DNA of 55,492 bases, counting the filler, from Squatina squatina (lineage: Eukaryota), in the NCBI GenBank assembly GCA_031763465.1. It is 3 parts of 3 records of this genome, joined end to end, with 100 filler letters (N's around TTAATTAATTAA, not from the genome) between each part and the next. Parts side by side here need not be neighbours in the genome. Positions count along the whole stretch, not along the records: positions 24,806 to 41,189 come from JARFOE010000004.1; 2 more parts are not named here. One strand, written 5' to 3'. Shown piece by piece: positions 25,484 through 36,616 of this stretch. Numbering within the stretch: the stretch's first letter is position 1; every line of letters begins with the position of its first letter. The notes below the pieces were generated by a model. It was not told the DNA's origin. It was given only the letters and a program-made list of their open reading frames with translations, and made no database searches. The position numbers and the translations under genes were made by a program.

Positions 25484-26325
25484 CTATGAGTCTATGTACA
25501 AAATGCTGATGGGGCTGAGTTTGGATGGGATACAGCAGCTGGGCGGCGTGGACTCGGGGTCCATTGAGTTCATCAACGTTTGTATGATGGCATGGTTAGT
25601 GGGTTCAAGGTGGGATCTGAGCGGAAAATCGCAGATCCCTTCACAATGGTAAGCCTCGTAATCTAGAGGTGCGATGATCCAATCGTCCCAGCCCAGCTCC
25701 TTGAAGTTGACGTGAAGAGGTTTCCTGCTACATCGCGATCTAGCTTTTTTCCCGCTTCCTCTGCTGGGTCTGCTCGAGAACGCAGTTCTCCTTTTCCTCC
25801 GGCGCTTGACATTGGGTTCATGGCTGGTTTGTAGTGAATCCGATCCACCCAGCGATTTGATCTGATCTCTGATCTCCCGGAAGAGGTTTTCCCTTTTCCT
25901 CGTGTTGCTGAACGCCACCAGAAGGGCTTTTTCCTGAGGCTGGAGATCAGAGCGATTAAATCCCAAAAGTCTGGGATCTAAAGCCTCCTGGGAGTAATCG
26001 GAAATAATTTCCACATCTAAACACAGTAGTCTTGCAGTGATGTGGCTTTTCATTAATTCCCACACGTCAAACACTTGCCATTCAGATGAATCGGCGTCCA
26101 GGATGTCAACTGTCCGCGAATCGAGCCGTTTTGGTGGGTGATTTCCCAGCTCTTGGCAAGAATAAAGTAAAATCCGATACATGCTGCCTCCCCGGGACAG
26201 CGCCGCGTGCAGGTTCTCGGGCAGCTTTCGGAAAATCCTCAGCTCCGCTCCCACAAGCTGGTCGGTGATTGGCAAGTTGGAGATATCAAACAGGTATCTC
26301 TGCTTCTTCGCAAGGGAGACTCCGT
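25484..26325 (-). CDS. GDF7: GDF7 (BMP12) exon 2: prodomain C-terminal part, furin site and C-terminally truncated TGF-beta domain
   Basis: Acceptor ttttttcag|ACGGA (phase 1). Translation QRYLFDIS..LVGAELRIFR, W.VFDVW, RRRKRR|TAF, then RSRCSRKPLHVNFKELGWDDWIIAPLDYEAYHCEGICDFPLRSHLEPTNHAIIQTLMNSMDPESTPPSCCIPSKLSPISILYIDS*. RCSRKP, PLDY and LSPIS favour GDF7 over GDF6/GDF5. TAG at 25486-25484 is premature. Confidence 0.88.
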
Positions 26326-26489
26326 CTGAAAAAAGCCAGAGATTCAACTCAATGGTGAAGGAAGGAAGGAAAATGCGTGCACACAGGAAACAAAGAAAAA
26401 ATAAAACCAACACTGAAATAATAGTAAAAGTAGCTGCACACACTTGTAATAGTGGTGCACACTTTGATAATTTTACAAATAATTGCTAA

Positions 26490-26618
26490 TGCAAAATACT
26501 GTGGATGCTGGAAATCTGAAATAAAAACAGAAAATGCTGGAAGTACTCAGCATCTGTGAAGAGAGACACAGAGTCAATGTTTTACAATTAAGGGTCGATG
26601 ACCCTTCGTCAGAACTGA
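26490..26618. mobile_element. Elasmobranch repeat fragment in the GDF7 intron (probably a Penelope-like terminal segment)
   Basis: GCAAAATACTGTGGATGCTGGAAATCTGAAATAAAAACAGAAAATGCTGGAA...GGTCGATGACCCTTCGTCAGAACTG is recalled as an abundant shark repeat end. Confidence 0.6.
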
Positions 26619-26991
26619 ATATTTTTGGCCCAAAAATTGCGGTCTGCGGCGTAGCTCCTGAGTACGCTACGGAGCTGTGAAAAGAGTACGTGCCTACCTG
26701 TTGGGGCCGTCCTTCGTAAACTTGCTGTCTGAGGCTGCATTTTGGAGAGCAGCGTAATGGCCCGTGGATCCAGGGGCGCAGCCTGTGCGGAAGCGTNNNN
26801 NNNNNNNNNNNNNNNNNNNNNNNNNNNNNNNNNNNNNNNNNNNNNNNNNNNNNNNNNNNNNNNNNNNNNNNNNNNNNNNNNNNNNNNNNNNNNNNNCGCT
26901 GAGCCATTTACAGGCGACTGTAAAAAAGCGCGTTTCCAGCTAAAACGGCGAGCTCTGTGCTGTTTAACGGGATTCCCCCCTTATTACCCAC

Positions 26992-27316
26992 CATTTCCTT
27001 GGTCCACGAAGCTGGTGACAGTGTTGGCACGGGTTCGGGCTCGGAGCAGAGTGCTGTTCAGCCCTTTCCTTTCACTCTCCGACAAGCTCCTGTAAAGTGA
27101 CATCATGTACTCATGCGGCACCACCGTGCCGGTGCGAAGGTGATGGCGCTTGAAGGTCGGGTGGTGCTTTCTGTCCAGAGATGATGAGGAGCCAGGACCA
27201 TCCTGAGAAGAGGAATCCTGCAGAGACCCCAGCGTAGCAGCTTCGAGGACATAAAGAAAATCCCAACAGCAGCAAACCGCACACCACACAAGGGCTGCAG
27301 CCTTCGGTATATCCAT
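26992..27316 (-). CDS. GDF7: GDF7 exon 1 coding part: signal peptide and N-terminal prodomain
   Basis: ATG at 27316 in strong Kozak context (agaATGG). MDIPKAAALVWCAVCCCWDFLYVLEAA is a hydrophobic leader (the LEAA end resembles GDF7), followed by GTVVPHEYMMSLYRSLS and RANTVTSFVDQG. Donor AATG|GTGGGT is phase 1 and compatible with exon 2, giving a joined ORF of 388 aa. Confidence 0.88.
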
Positions 27317-27399
27317 TCTGCAGGAGCTGGCGTCCAAAAGCGGAGGAGTTGAAGCCGGTGGCTGAACACGCGCTGATGGCTTTCGATGGAGTTTGCACA

Positions 27400-28170
27400 C
27401 TCACCTTCCCCCCGGATGGCTGACTTGGTTAGATTAGAGAGAGCGCCGCTCAAACTCCAGCACACACAGCCATCCGCGGAGCAGGGCGCCCCCACTGCGC
27501 TTCTGATTGGCTCAAACTTTATCCCAGCTAAACTTTTTTTAAAAAAAATATAACTTTTTAACAATTTGGGTTCAGAAAGCACGAGATATAACTCCCGGGA
27601 TAGCGTTCCTCCGCAAATGGATTCTGAATAAAGATGCAATTTCAATCAATGGCCTGCTCCGCTAAAATAAAGATAATCTCCGTTCTGCTCCTTTGCAAAT
27701 CTCCTTTCCTCCCCTGTCCTTCACTGTGTGGTTTGGGGGAAAAAACATGCTAGAGTTTCAGTTTTTGATACACCATTCTCGCCGCGGTGTAACATTTGCA
27801 ACAAATAGATTGCTGTTGATCATGCAGTGTCCTTCAGTCCTCGGATGATGCGACTGTTTGACGGTGCTGCGCTGTAACCACCCGTGTGCGACTGTTTTTT
27901 TGAGTGTCATAGCACATATTTATTTATTTCTCAGTTCTCCTGCGGAAGTAAACAGATATATGACTTCGATTTGCGTGGGGTGGGGGGCGGGGGGAGGTGA
28001 GGAGGTCATGATTCTCCCCCCGCCCCGATATTGTTTTGAATCTCACGACCTTCAAACCCCTGCAATGCGCTGACGACGTGAGTGATAAGCGAGAGTAACC
28101 CCGAACTATCCTGAAACACAGTCGGTGTCTCCTTACACCGTCACATGACCTGCGCTGCTGTTTCGCACCN
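27400..28170 (-). promoter_or_regulatory. CpG-rich GDF7 promoter region
   Basis: NF-Y-type AGCCAATCAG on the minus strand at 27512-27503, GGCGCC at 27485-27490, GC boxes near 27984-27992 and 28017-28026; CpG density visibly higher than the flanks. Confidence 0.6.
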
Positions 28171-30719
28171 NNNNNNNNNNNNNNNNNNNNNNNNNNNNNN
28201 NNNNNNNNNNNNNNNNNNNNNNNNNNNNNNNNNNNNNNNNNNNNNNNNNNNNNNNNNNNNNNNNNNNNNNNNNNNNNNNNNNNNGGGGAGGAATTTCTCG
28301 AAATGTGATTTTTAGAGTATTTTTCGAGCCTCAAGGAGGTGTTTATCATTGTAAAATTCACGTGAAGGACAAGTGGTTGAGATATCGGAAGTCGCCGTTC
28401 CTATAAGTAATGGGCTTCATTTGGCAATAATAATGGGGAGGAGGTCCTGCTATCTGTAATACATCTACCTCCCACCCTCACCCCACTTAGTCAGCTCAGT
28501 TCTGCATTTACTTCCCAGCAGGTTCCGAACGTGTTTTGCAGGGGGAGACCTGTAAAGATTAGAGATAGCGAAGCGCGAGGTACTTGTTATTATTTCGGGA
28601 TACCAGCAAAACAACAGCCTTTTTAACATCAATGTAGAATATAGCCAACGTCACAATACAGTATTTACTACTGTAAGGCACTTGAAATATCCAGATAAAT
28701 ACTAATCAGGAAACACGGCAAGACAGACCTGTAACTCTTTGGCCTTACTAATTCGCCATGGAGATGTTCAGTATGGAGAACACATAAGACGGCTGCCTCT
28801 AATTTTAGAAAGTGAAATGTAATGAGGTCTATGGAAACGATGCTTATTTGGGACTTAACAGGGTTTTCTTTCGGGAACTCCTGTGAGCACATTAAAACGG
28901 TTGGGCAATATTATCTCTTCCAGGGATGCACACTAAACCACAAAGCCTTGCACCTTGAGAGGTCAAGAGCGACATTCCTCAGAAACAAACAACACAGTCC
29001 GCACAAAAGGAGTGATTAGAAAATGCAATAAGTGGGATTGATGCAGCTGAAGATCGCCAGTCTCAACTCCTTAAGCACGTATGTGCCGTCCATAGAAATG
29101 ATGTCAGGATAAAAGGTGGAAAGCGAGAGAAGCGAGCAAATAAACGCTCTCAGTTGAGCGCCCGCCCACAGCCGCACACCTTTCAGCCGGTGCCACTGTT
29201 GCTGGTCCTTTCCACATTTGCTTCGGTGCTCACGCTGCCGTGCACATCAAGTGGCTGCAAACCAATCCAGCGCTTTACAACTAGCAAGACACAAATGGAT
29301 ATTACAGTAATATATTGGGCCATAATACTGTCATCGAACGGCGCATTTAGCAAATTTACTGCTTGCCCGTGCAATGTAATCAACACACATCAGACCCAGA
29401 GGCTTAGGTCTATTCACAGCGAGCAGGTCGATGGGGAAATAATTGTAAAGGAAAGGCTCAGGGGCACGGCATAGTTTCTGGTTATATAGGGTAGTACCAC
29501 AAGAACACTGGGGCAATTAATACTGAGGACAGGGAATCGATCAGGTCACTTAGTGAGAACAAGGGCATTAAATAATCCAACTCCNNNNNNNNNNATCAAC
29601 CATTTAAAAGGTACATTGAGCATCCAATACGAATATTGTGGAGGAAACCACCGGTCATAAGAGTATTAACCACTTTGAGAATTAATTGCGAATGGATTAC
29701 ATATTTCCCTTCTGTAACACTCTACATGCAATTAACTTTAAATATTCGTGTTTACACCTTCTGGGTTTATGATTCATTTTGATCTCTCTCACTCAGTCTG
29801 ATGCGGTTCCCTCAAGGGAAGCTGAACTTTCCATGATTTGCAAATTTTAAAGAAATGAACCAATCCCCACCCACAATGACGCTGCGACTTATTGATTAAA
29901 TAACGAGCGAAGTTCAAAGCAAATACACACTTCAAACGCTGCTTAATCAGAATCAACCTCGGCGGTCGTCCCCAACTGTAACTCCCAGCTAATGCACAAT
30001 TACTGCCACCATGTACAATGAGACCAAGGGCGAATACGTTAAAACGATTTCATTATAATATTTAAATGTGTTGATGTCATAGGTCCTTATTCCTTATAAT
30101 TAAAACGTTGAACGATAGATAAGAGGTGTTCTTTTTATCCTCTGAGTCAGAAATTTGAACAATTTCTAGAGTTCATTGCCTTCAATGCAAATTCGGTGTC
30201 CATCGCGTTATTCAACTGTATGTGAAGAGCGACATCTTCTGTTCTAATTTAGTATGACACATGACACATTGCCCCAACTTCCACACGCACACTTTAGTTG
30301 CTTTTACATTCTATGCATGCACACAATCCAGGATATTTTCCCTGTGGTACTGGATTATCTGGACTCAAATTAAAGTGCAGGTAAATAATTATTTTCTGTA
30401 CCATGAAACCAAATTGGTACAGACTTTGTACTCACTCCTATCTTGTTTCCTCCTAGATTCAAAGTCCAGATCTAAGCATTGACATTCATCACCTCTTGTT
30501 TGTGGAAAACTTCCAATTTATAGTTTGAGGCAGTTCCATGAATTTGGAAGAGGAAGGGTGGAACATAGCTGCCATCAACCCAAGTGCAATATGTGCCTTC
30601 TTGCATTGCTCTGCTCTCTAGCTCAATGGTTTATATTGCACATAATTTTAGTCACATTCTTTCACCCTGTTTATAATAAAGTCAGAGACAAAAAGATGTG
30701 GATTTTAAAAGAGGAACAG

Positions 30720-30985
30720 GATAGAATCATAAAATGCTGCAATGCAGAAACAGGCCATTTAACTCATTAAGTCTATGCAGGTGTTTTTCTCCACAGTCTG
30801 ACCTATTCCTCAATAGTCTTTAATATTCCTCTCTTTCAAGCAACTGTCTCAATCCCCTTTAAAATAATTTATAGGCTGTGCTTCATTGTGATGTGTTTCA
30901 GGGAATTCCACAGTCTAAACCTCCCATGTAAAGATTTTTTTCTAACCTCCCTTTTAATTGTTTTAGTGATTATTTGAAATAATCT
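30720..30985 (-). mobile_element. Diverged CR1 3' end
   Basis: ATAGAATCATAAAATGCTGCAATGCAGAAACAGGCCATT...TTTAAAATAATTTATAGGCTGTGCTTCA is similar to 24910-25150. Confidence 0.7.
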
Positions 30986-31849
30986 ATGACTATTTACTCT
31001 AAAATANNNNNNNNNNNNNNNNNNNNNNNNNNNNNNNNNNNNNNNNNNNNNNNNNNNNNNNNNNNNNNNNNNNNNNNNNNNNNNNNNNNNNNNNNNNNNN
31101 NNNNNNGGGATTTGAGTGATGTAATTGTTCAGATTTAAAATCTTACTTTCCCCTGGGCTTTCAAGCTAACTGGTTAAATCAAACGCATTATATAGAAATG
31201 TATGTTCGCAAAAGCTGCCCACAGTGCTTGTATACTGGTTCATCAGATTTCAGGATGAAGAAAAATAATTATAGTTTATATATTTGACAAAAACCAGAAC
31301 TGTGTTCTGAGGCTAAATTCCAACATTAACCACATCCTAAACAGTTTGAATGTTAACACTGATTATTTAGTAGCTGCTTTGAAATTTGCCTGCTCTACCA
31401 AGAGCAGATTTTTTTTTCTCTCCTGGTTCATTTCTTAATAGAACTCAAAAAAAACCATTGAGCTGATGTCTAAATTATAACTAATCTTCCTAGAACTTGC
31501 CAAATAACTTTCATAAATTCACGCGTAAAATTATTTTCAAAATGTTTTAATGAGGCTGGAGATGGAGGGGCGGAGGGAATTTTCTGAAACTTCAATTGTA
31601 CAGGTCTCGTAACTTTTTTTTGTGTTTGGTGTGTCACCATCTAATAGCTTGTGCTGAGAATAGTAAATTCACAAATGTTACACTGCTATATGGAATAAAT
31701 GCATGTAGTTAAAGTGGTAATAGTTTTTAGAAAGCATCACAAAACTGCTTCCCAGATCTGTAGGTTTCTAATCCAACAACAACAACAAAATTGGTTGATT
31801 TTAGTTCTGGGAAATAAAATGGGACAAATAATTGAGTAGAACAATTGGG

Positions 31850-32205
31850 GAAATGGTGGCCACAATATAGATTCAATGTACAAATAGTATAGGATGATAG
31901 AGCCGAAGGTAAGGGTAGTGGACTAGAAAATGGCTAAATTCCGTTAGCTTAGGTATCTGACCTAACTAGGGAGAAAAGTTAGTAAATAGGATGACCATGG
32001 GGAATCTTCAAAAAGGGATGGACAGAGTGAAAAGGTATTATATTTCCATCAGGTTGAAAGAGGTATATCAAAGATTAGAGTGTGGATTAAGAATTTATTT
32101 TTGAAGTGGCCAATTAAATAGATAAAGGGCATTCAGTGGATGCGCTTATGGATTTTCAGAAGGCATTTGATAAGGTGCCTCACAGGTGGTTTGTTATAAA
32201 GATGG
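31850..32205 (+). mobile_element. Decayed CR1 ORF2 fragments
   Basis: Ends in VDALMDFQKAFDKVPHR; upstream sequence resembles the post-endonuclease linker. Confidence 0.7.
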
Positions 32206-34749
32206 NNNNNNNNNNNNNNNNNNNNNNNNNNNNNNNNNNNNNNNNNNNNNNNNNNNNNNNNNNNNNNNNNNNNNNNNNNNNNNNNNNNNNNNNNNNNNNN
32301 NNNNNTGAGGTTTTAATCCTGCAGAGTCTCTGATTTCACAGGGGAGGAGGCCCCGCTTCTAATTGTATTACAATCCACCACTGTGAGCACAACCCATCAG
32401 TTATGCCAAAGAATACATTGTGTGTAGTGCATTTCAATATGTACTTGCATGAAATTCCATGAAAGGAAAATGTTGGCATGCACAACGACTTCCTCAGCTG
32501 CTGCAGTCTATTGAGAATTAGGCCACTGGGATGCAAGCACAACAGTAATGAGGCTTTAGATCAATGGCATAGCTTAACAAATTAAAGAGAAAGGAGCTCC
32601 TTAGTGCAGTCAACCATACCATAATTTCTCCAGAGGCCTTTGCTGTTCATTTCCCACAAATTTATTTTGCTTTCCCTTAAAGCGCAATACATTTGTTCAG
32701 GCTTGTAATTTAACCTGAAGGTGAATTGTGCACTTTACAGCCAACACTTATTCACCTTCCCTCGCCTCTCACTGTTATAATGATAATTGACAAGTAAACT
32801 GCAAAANNNNNNNNNNNNNNNNNNNNNNNNNNNNNNNNNNNNNNNNNNNNNNNNNNNNNNNNNNNNNNNNNNNNNNNNNNNNNNNNNNNNNNNNNNNNNN
32901 NNNNNNCGGAGCATTGAATTACGATAAATTTAAGTGTAAACATTCCGTTCTCCAAGGGCTGATAAACATTTTGTGGTTAGATACCTTTTACGATGATAAA
33001 TGATGTAGATTGATATCAGATAACAATAAAATTCTTTCATTTAAATTAAATATACTTTCCGCAGCGAGCACTTTGTCAATTCCGGATGAAGTCAGGCATA
33101 TTGATGGATGTTGCTGTTATCTATGAGGAATGCAATTATCTCTATCATTAAGAGGATTTTGATGCATTCAATTGCACTTGAATGTCATCTTATTCTTAAA
33201 ACAGGAATGTGTTCAGATGAACAGATCATATTGGTTCGTCTTACTCACTGCATATGGTCATTGTAATATGCACTAGTCAAACCCAGAGCTTTTGTACAAA
33301 TTGACAATTGAAAGTACAAAGTGGGCTCTTTTATGACCTGACATTATATAAATAATTGACTCCTTGGCCTGATTCTGAATGAGAGAGACTGTTAATTGAA
33401 ACTTGCTCCAGGCTAGTTTATTGGTTTGGGGATTCTTTTATAAAAAGTTGAGTTTAGCCAAGTACTTTTCTTGTGAATTATCCAAATGACTAAGATTCTT
33501 TGAAACCTCACTCATTTTATAGGAAAGTAAAGAGGTGATGAGTGATTGAGTGCACACGGTTAGAAGGCCTGTTTGTGTCTGCTGTCAGTCCGTGGATTTA
33601 CATTTTGATAAGGTTTTGCAGTGACATGCATTCTGTAGGAACATAATAACACTTGCAGGTCACATTCTTGACTTCATAATGGATCCGGCACACATTACCA
33701 GCTTGCTCTGATTTTGTGCCTTGCATCAACACTTCACCTTGAGTACCTTTTAAAAACCATCCATGTTTGATATACTTCATTGGTGATGTTATAGAAACAG
33801 TTTGATCATAATCAGCGAATGGTTCTGCTGCTAGAAGATGCACAAATAAGGAAAGGTTTTGAGAGCTCTGAGAATCCGAGAAAATTGTTGATGGTGATAT
33901 CAAAAGGCAGTATGGTAGAAATTGGTCCATGTGCTGCCCTTTTTCCAGGCAATGTCAGTAAAAGAGGCAGGATTGAGGGGAATTCACTGGAATTCCTGCC
34001 AGTCCCACCTCTGGTGCCCCCAACGTACTGTAGACCCACATGAAGCAGGCGTACAGTGTACAACTGGTGGAAGTGGGACCCAGCAAAGTGGGAAAGGCCA
34101 AGTTTCCTTACAACAGTTCGTCGCAGTGCATTAATAACTATAAGTAACAGGGTGCATTAGAACTACAAACGGTGAATTCTGCAACCCCTCGCTCTCAGTA
34201 GGGAACTTTGCAGGAGTGTAGGAATTTGCAATTAGCCCTCAAATCTACAGATCTACCGATTGTACCAGCCTGTAGATAATTTTTACAGTGTGAAATTAGT
34301 ATATTCATACCTGGCACGGGCCCATGTAGGACAAAGTTTTGGATCTTTGGTACAAGGCACACCGATTGGAGTGTTCCACATTTTCTGTATCACAAACAGG
34401 TTCCACTGGGAGCAGCTCACAATTCACTGATCTTGAGATACACTCGTACTGGTCACATTCAAGCAATTCAATGCTAGTGAGACAAACTTTTGGTTTTGGA
34501 ATGCACCTTTTGAAAATAAAATTTGAATTTTTTTTTTTAAAAACACAGGATTTTAGAATTTATTATCAAACAAAACAGCTTAGTTAATTGTGAGCCAGAC
34601 TGCAGGCACTCTCCTGGCTGCTGTTTCGATGGAAAATTCTGCTTGCACGCTCCCTGGATTTTTCAAGACTGGGAGCGATTGTCCATTCTTCTGGAGAACT
34701 GACACAACTCTTTCAATATTTGGAACATTCATTTCAATATGACGTGTCA

Positions 34750-35198
34750 GATTTAGCTCAGTGCTCACCTGAGTCAGAAGGTCAGGGGTTCAACTTCCAC
34801 TCCAGATCTTGAGCATATAATCTAGGCTGACACTTCAGCGCAGTACTGAGAGAGTGTTGCTCTGACTGAAGTGCTGACTTTCAAATGAGACGTTAAACCG
34901 AGGCCACATCTGCCCTCAGGTGAATGCAGAAAATCCTTCCTTCACCACAAAATCCTTTGCCACTATTCAACGAAGAGCAGGGGAGTTCTCCCAGTGTCCT
35001 GGTCAACATTTATCCCTCAACCATCTTCACTAAAACAGGTTATCTGGTCATTTATTTCATTGCTGTTTGAAATTGGCTACCGCGTTTCCTACATTACAAC
35101 AGTGACCACACTTAAAAATATTTTATTGGCTGTGAAGTACTTTGAGACGTCCTGAGGAACTGAAAGGGGCTGTATAAATGCAAGTTCCTTCTTTCTTT
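34750..35198 (+). mobile_element. Near full-length Deu-domain SINE (SacSINE1/AmnSINE1-related)
   Basis: tRNA-like head (AGCTCAGTG...GGTTCAAC), core GGCTGACAC...GCAGTACTGAG...ATGAGACGTTAAACCGAGG...GAAGAGCAGGGGAGTTCTCCC...TTTATCCCTCAACC and tail TATAAATGCAAG. Confidence 0.85.
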
Positions 35199-35289
35199 CT
35201 GATAGACATGCATCAGTTTTATGTTTTGCATTTTGTTAAATATTTTTACTATTTAACAATGTGAAACCTGTTAAATAAATGAAATCCTA

Positions 35290-35379
35290 GAATGAAGAAA
35301 GCCATTCGGCCCATTGTGCTGATGCCAGCTCTTTGAAAGAGTGATTCAATTAGTCCCACTCTCCTGCTGTTTCCCCATA
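35290..35379 (-). mobile_element. CR1 3' terminus
   Basis: GCCATTCGGCCCATTGTGCTGATGCCAGCTCTTTGAAAGAG...TTCCCCATA. Confidence 0.65.
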
Positions 35380-36544
35380 NNNNNNNNNNNNNNNNNNNNN
35401 NNNNNNNNNNNNNNNNNNNNNNNNNNNNNNNNNNNNNNNNNNNNNNNNNNNNNNNNNNNNNNNNNNNNNNNNNNNNNNNTCATTTTGGGCCTATTGTGAG
35501 TTGTCATTGACAGCCCCACAAAATAGACACCTCTGCAGCGTAACCATGGTTAAGAGTCAGTGCACCCTGTCCCTCAGACTGCTGGGCATTTTTCAGTGTT
35601 TGCTCCCCTGCAAGGAAGCAGCTGTCGTGGCGCAGATTTGGATCCCACTTCCTGCAAGGAAATGCCTTGCCCTCTGTTGGTTGCTTTTCTCCAGCGCAGC
35701 ACGGGATCAGAAATTGGCCTATGAGACATTGACCTGCTACTCTCTGAGATGTGATGCCACCGGTCCACTTTATGGAGCTGTGTATTCAGATGTCTCCTGA
35801 TCAGTTCAGCCTGCACTGAGAAAAACAGATTGGTAGACAGCTAGACTTAAATCAGTCAACCTTCCCACTCTCCCTGCTCCCCACCTCCTGCTGAGACTTC
35901 CAATCAGAAATTTCGAGCTCAAGATAGTTGGAAGCACAGCTAATGATGGCTCATAACCACCTAAGTGGAGCATAAACACCAGCACAAACTAGTTGGATTG
36001 AATGGTCTGTTTCTGCGCTTTATATTCTGTGACAGGAGCAGTAGAGAACTCCATTTAAACAGTCTGGTGATTTGACGTATAGAATGGCTCATGGAGGAGA
36101 GAGATGGCAGTGTTCCAAATCCCCAAAATGTTCTGTGAAAGTGTTATTACTGCAAGTGAGACAGTGGAAGGTGGCCCTTCTTGATGCCCTAGTACAGTGT
36201 CCACACTGGAGAATAATACTTGACAGGAGGAGGTTCTGCATGTCAACACAGAGACCAAGGCCCAGGCAGGAAATTCCAAGTCAGGAACAACCTTTAGAGA
36301 TCTCACCAAGCTAGGCTTATCCACCTCCACTTTATATTAAGTAGATGTCCAAAAGTATACGTGGCANNNNNNNNNNCGTTCAGTATTTTGAATGATACCC
36401 ATGCATGGACATTAAACATTAGGGTATACGTTGAATCAGCAACTTTCGCCTGTAACTCTTCCTTCGCTCACATCCTTACAGGGTTTCACCCTAAACCAAT
36501 CCTTGGCAGGAAAGTGGAGTTGAGGCCAGAATCAGATCAGCCGT

Positions 36545-36616
36545 AACCTTATTGAATGGGAGAGCAGGCTTGAGGGGCTGAATGGCCTACTCCTGCTTCT
36601 ATTTCTTTTATGTTTA
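36545..36616 (+). mobile_element. CR1 3' terminus
   Basis: ATTGAATGGGAGAGCAGGCTTGAGGGGCTGAATGGCCTACTCCTGCTTCTATTTC; same family as 53950-54020. Confidence 0.75.

Noticed and set aside
24806-25500. Rescue of the GDF7 C-terminus by a new intron (the scaffold ends in acceptor-like ...atcttttacag on the minus strand at 24806)
   Set aside because: The best donor-like site (CG|GTAATG) lies after the TAG, and the nearest GT before it (TT|GTACAT) is poor. GDF5/6/7 normally have no intron there. It cannot be fully excluded without RNA data.
26326-26443. Hydrophobic N-terminus (MCAATFTIISVLVLFFLCFL...) of the 319-aa ORF, suggesting a membrane-anchored GDF
   Set aside because: It is in-frame read-through of the intron's pyrimidine-rich 3' end from a non-ATG start; a canonical acceptor lies at 26327-26326 and a proper exon 1 exists upstream.
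25663-26489. Plus-strand ORFs antisense to GDF7 exon 2
   Set aside because: Shadow ORFs of a GC-rich coding exon with no independent signal.
27317-27645. Upstream extension MCKLHRK... and the overlapping 180-aa ORF
   Set aside because: Non-ATG starts and no recognisable homology; the ATG at 27316 has a strong Kozak context and begins the signal peptide.
34750-34810. tRNA-like A/B box sequence
   Set aside because: It is the head of a SINE and shows no cloverleaf structure.
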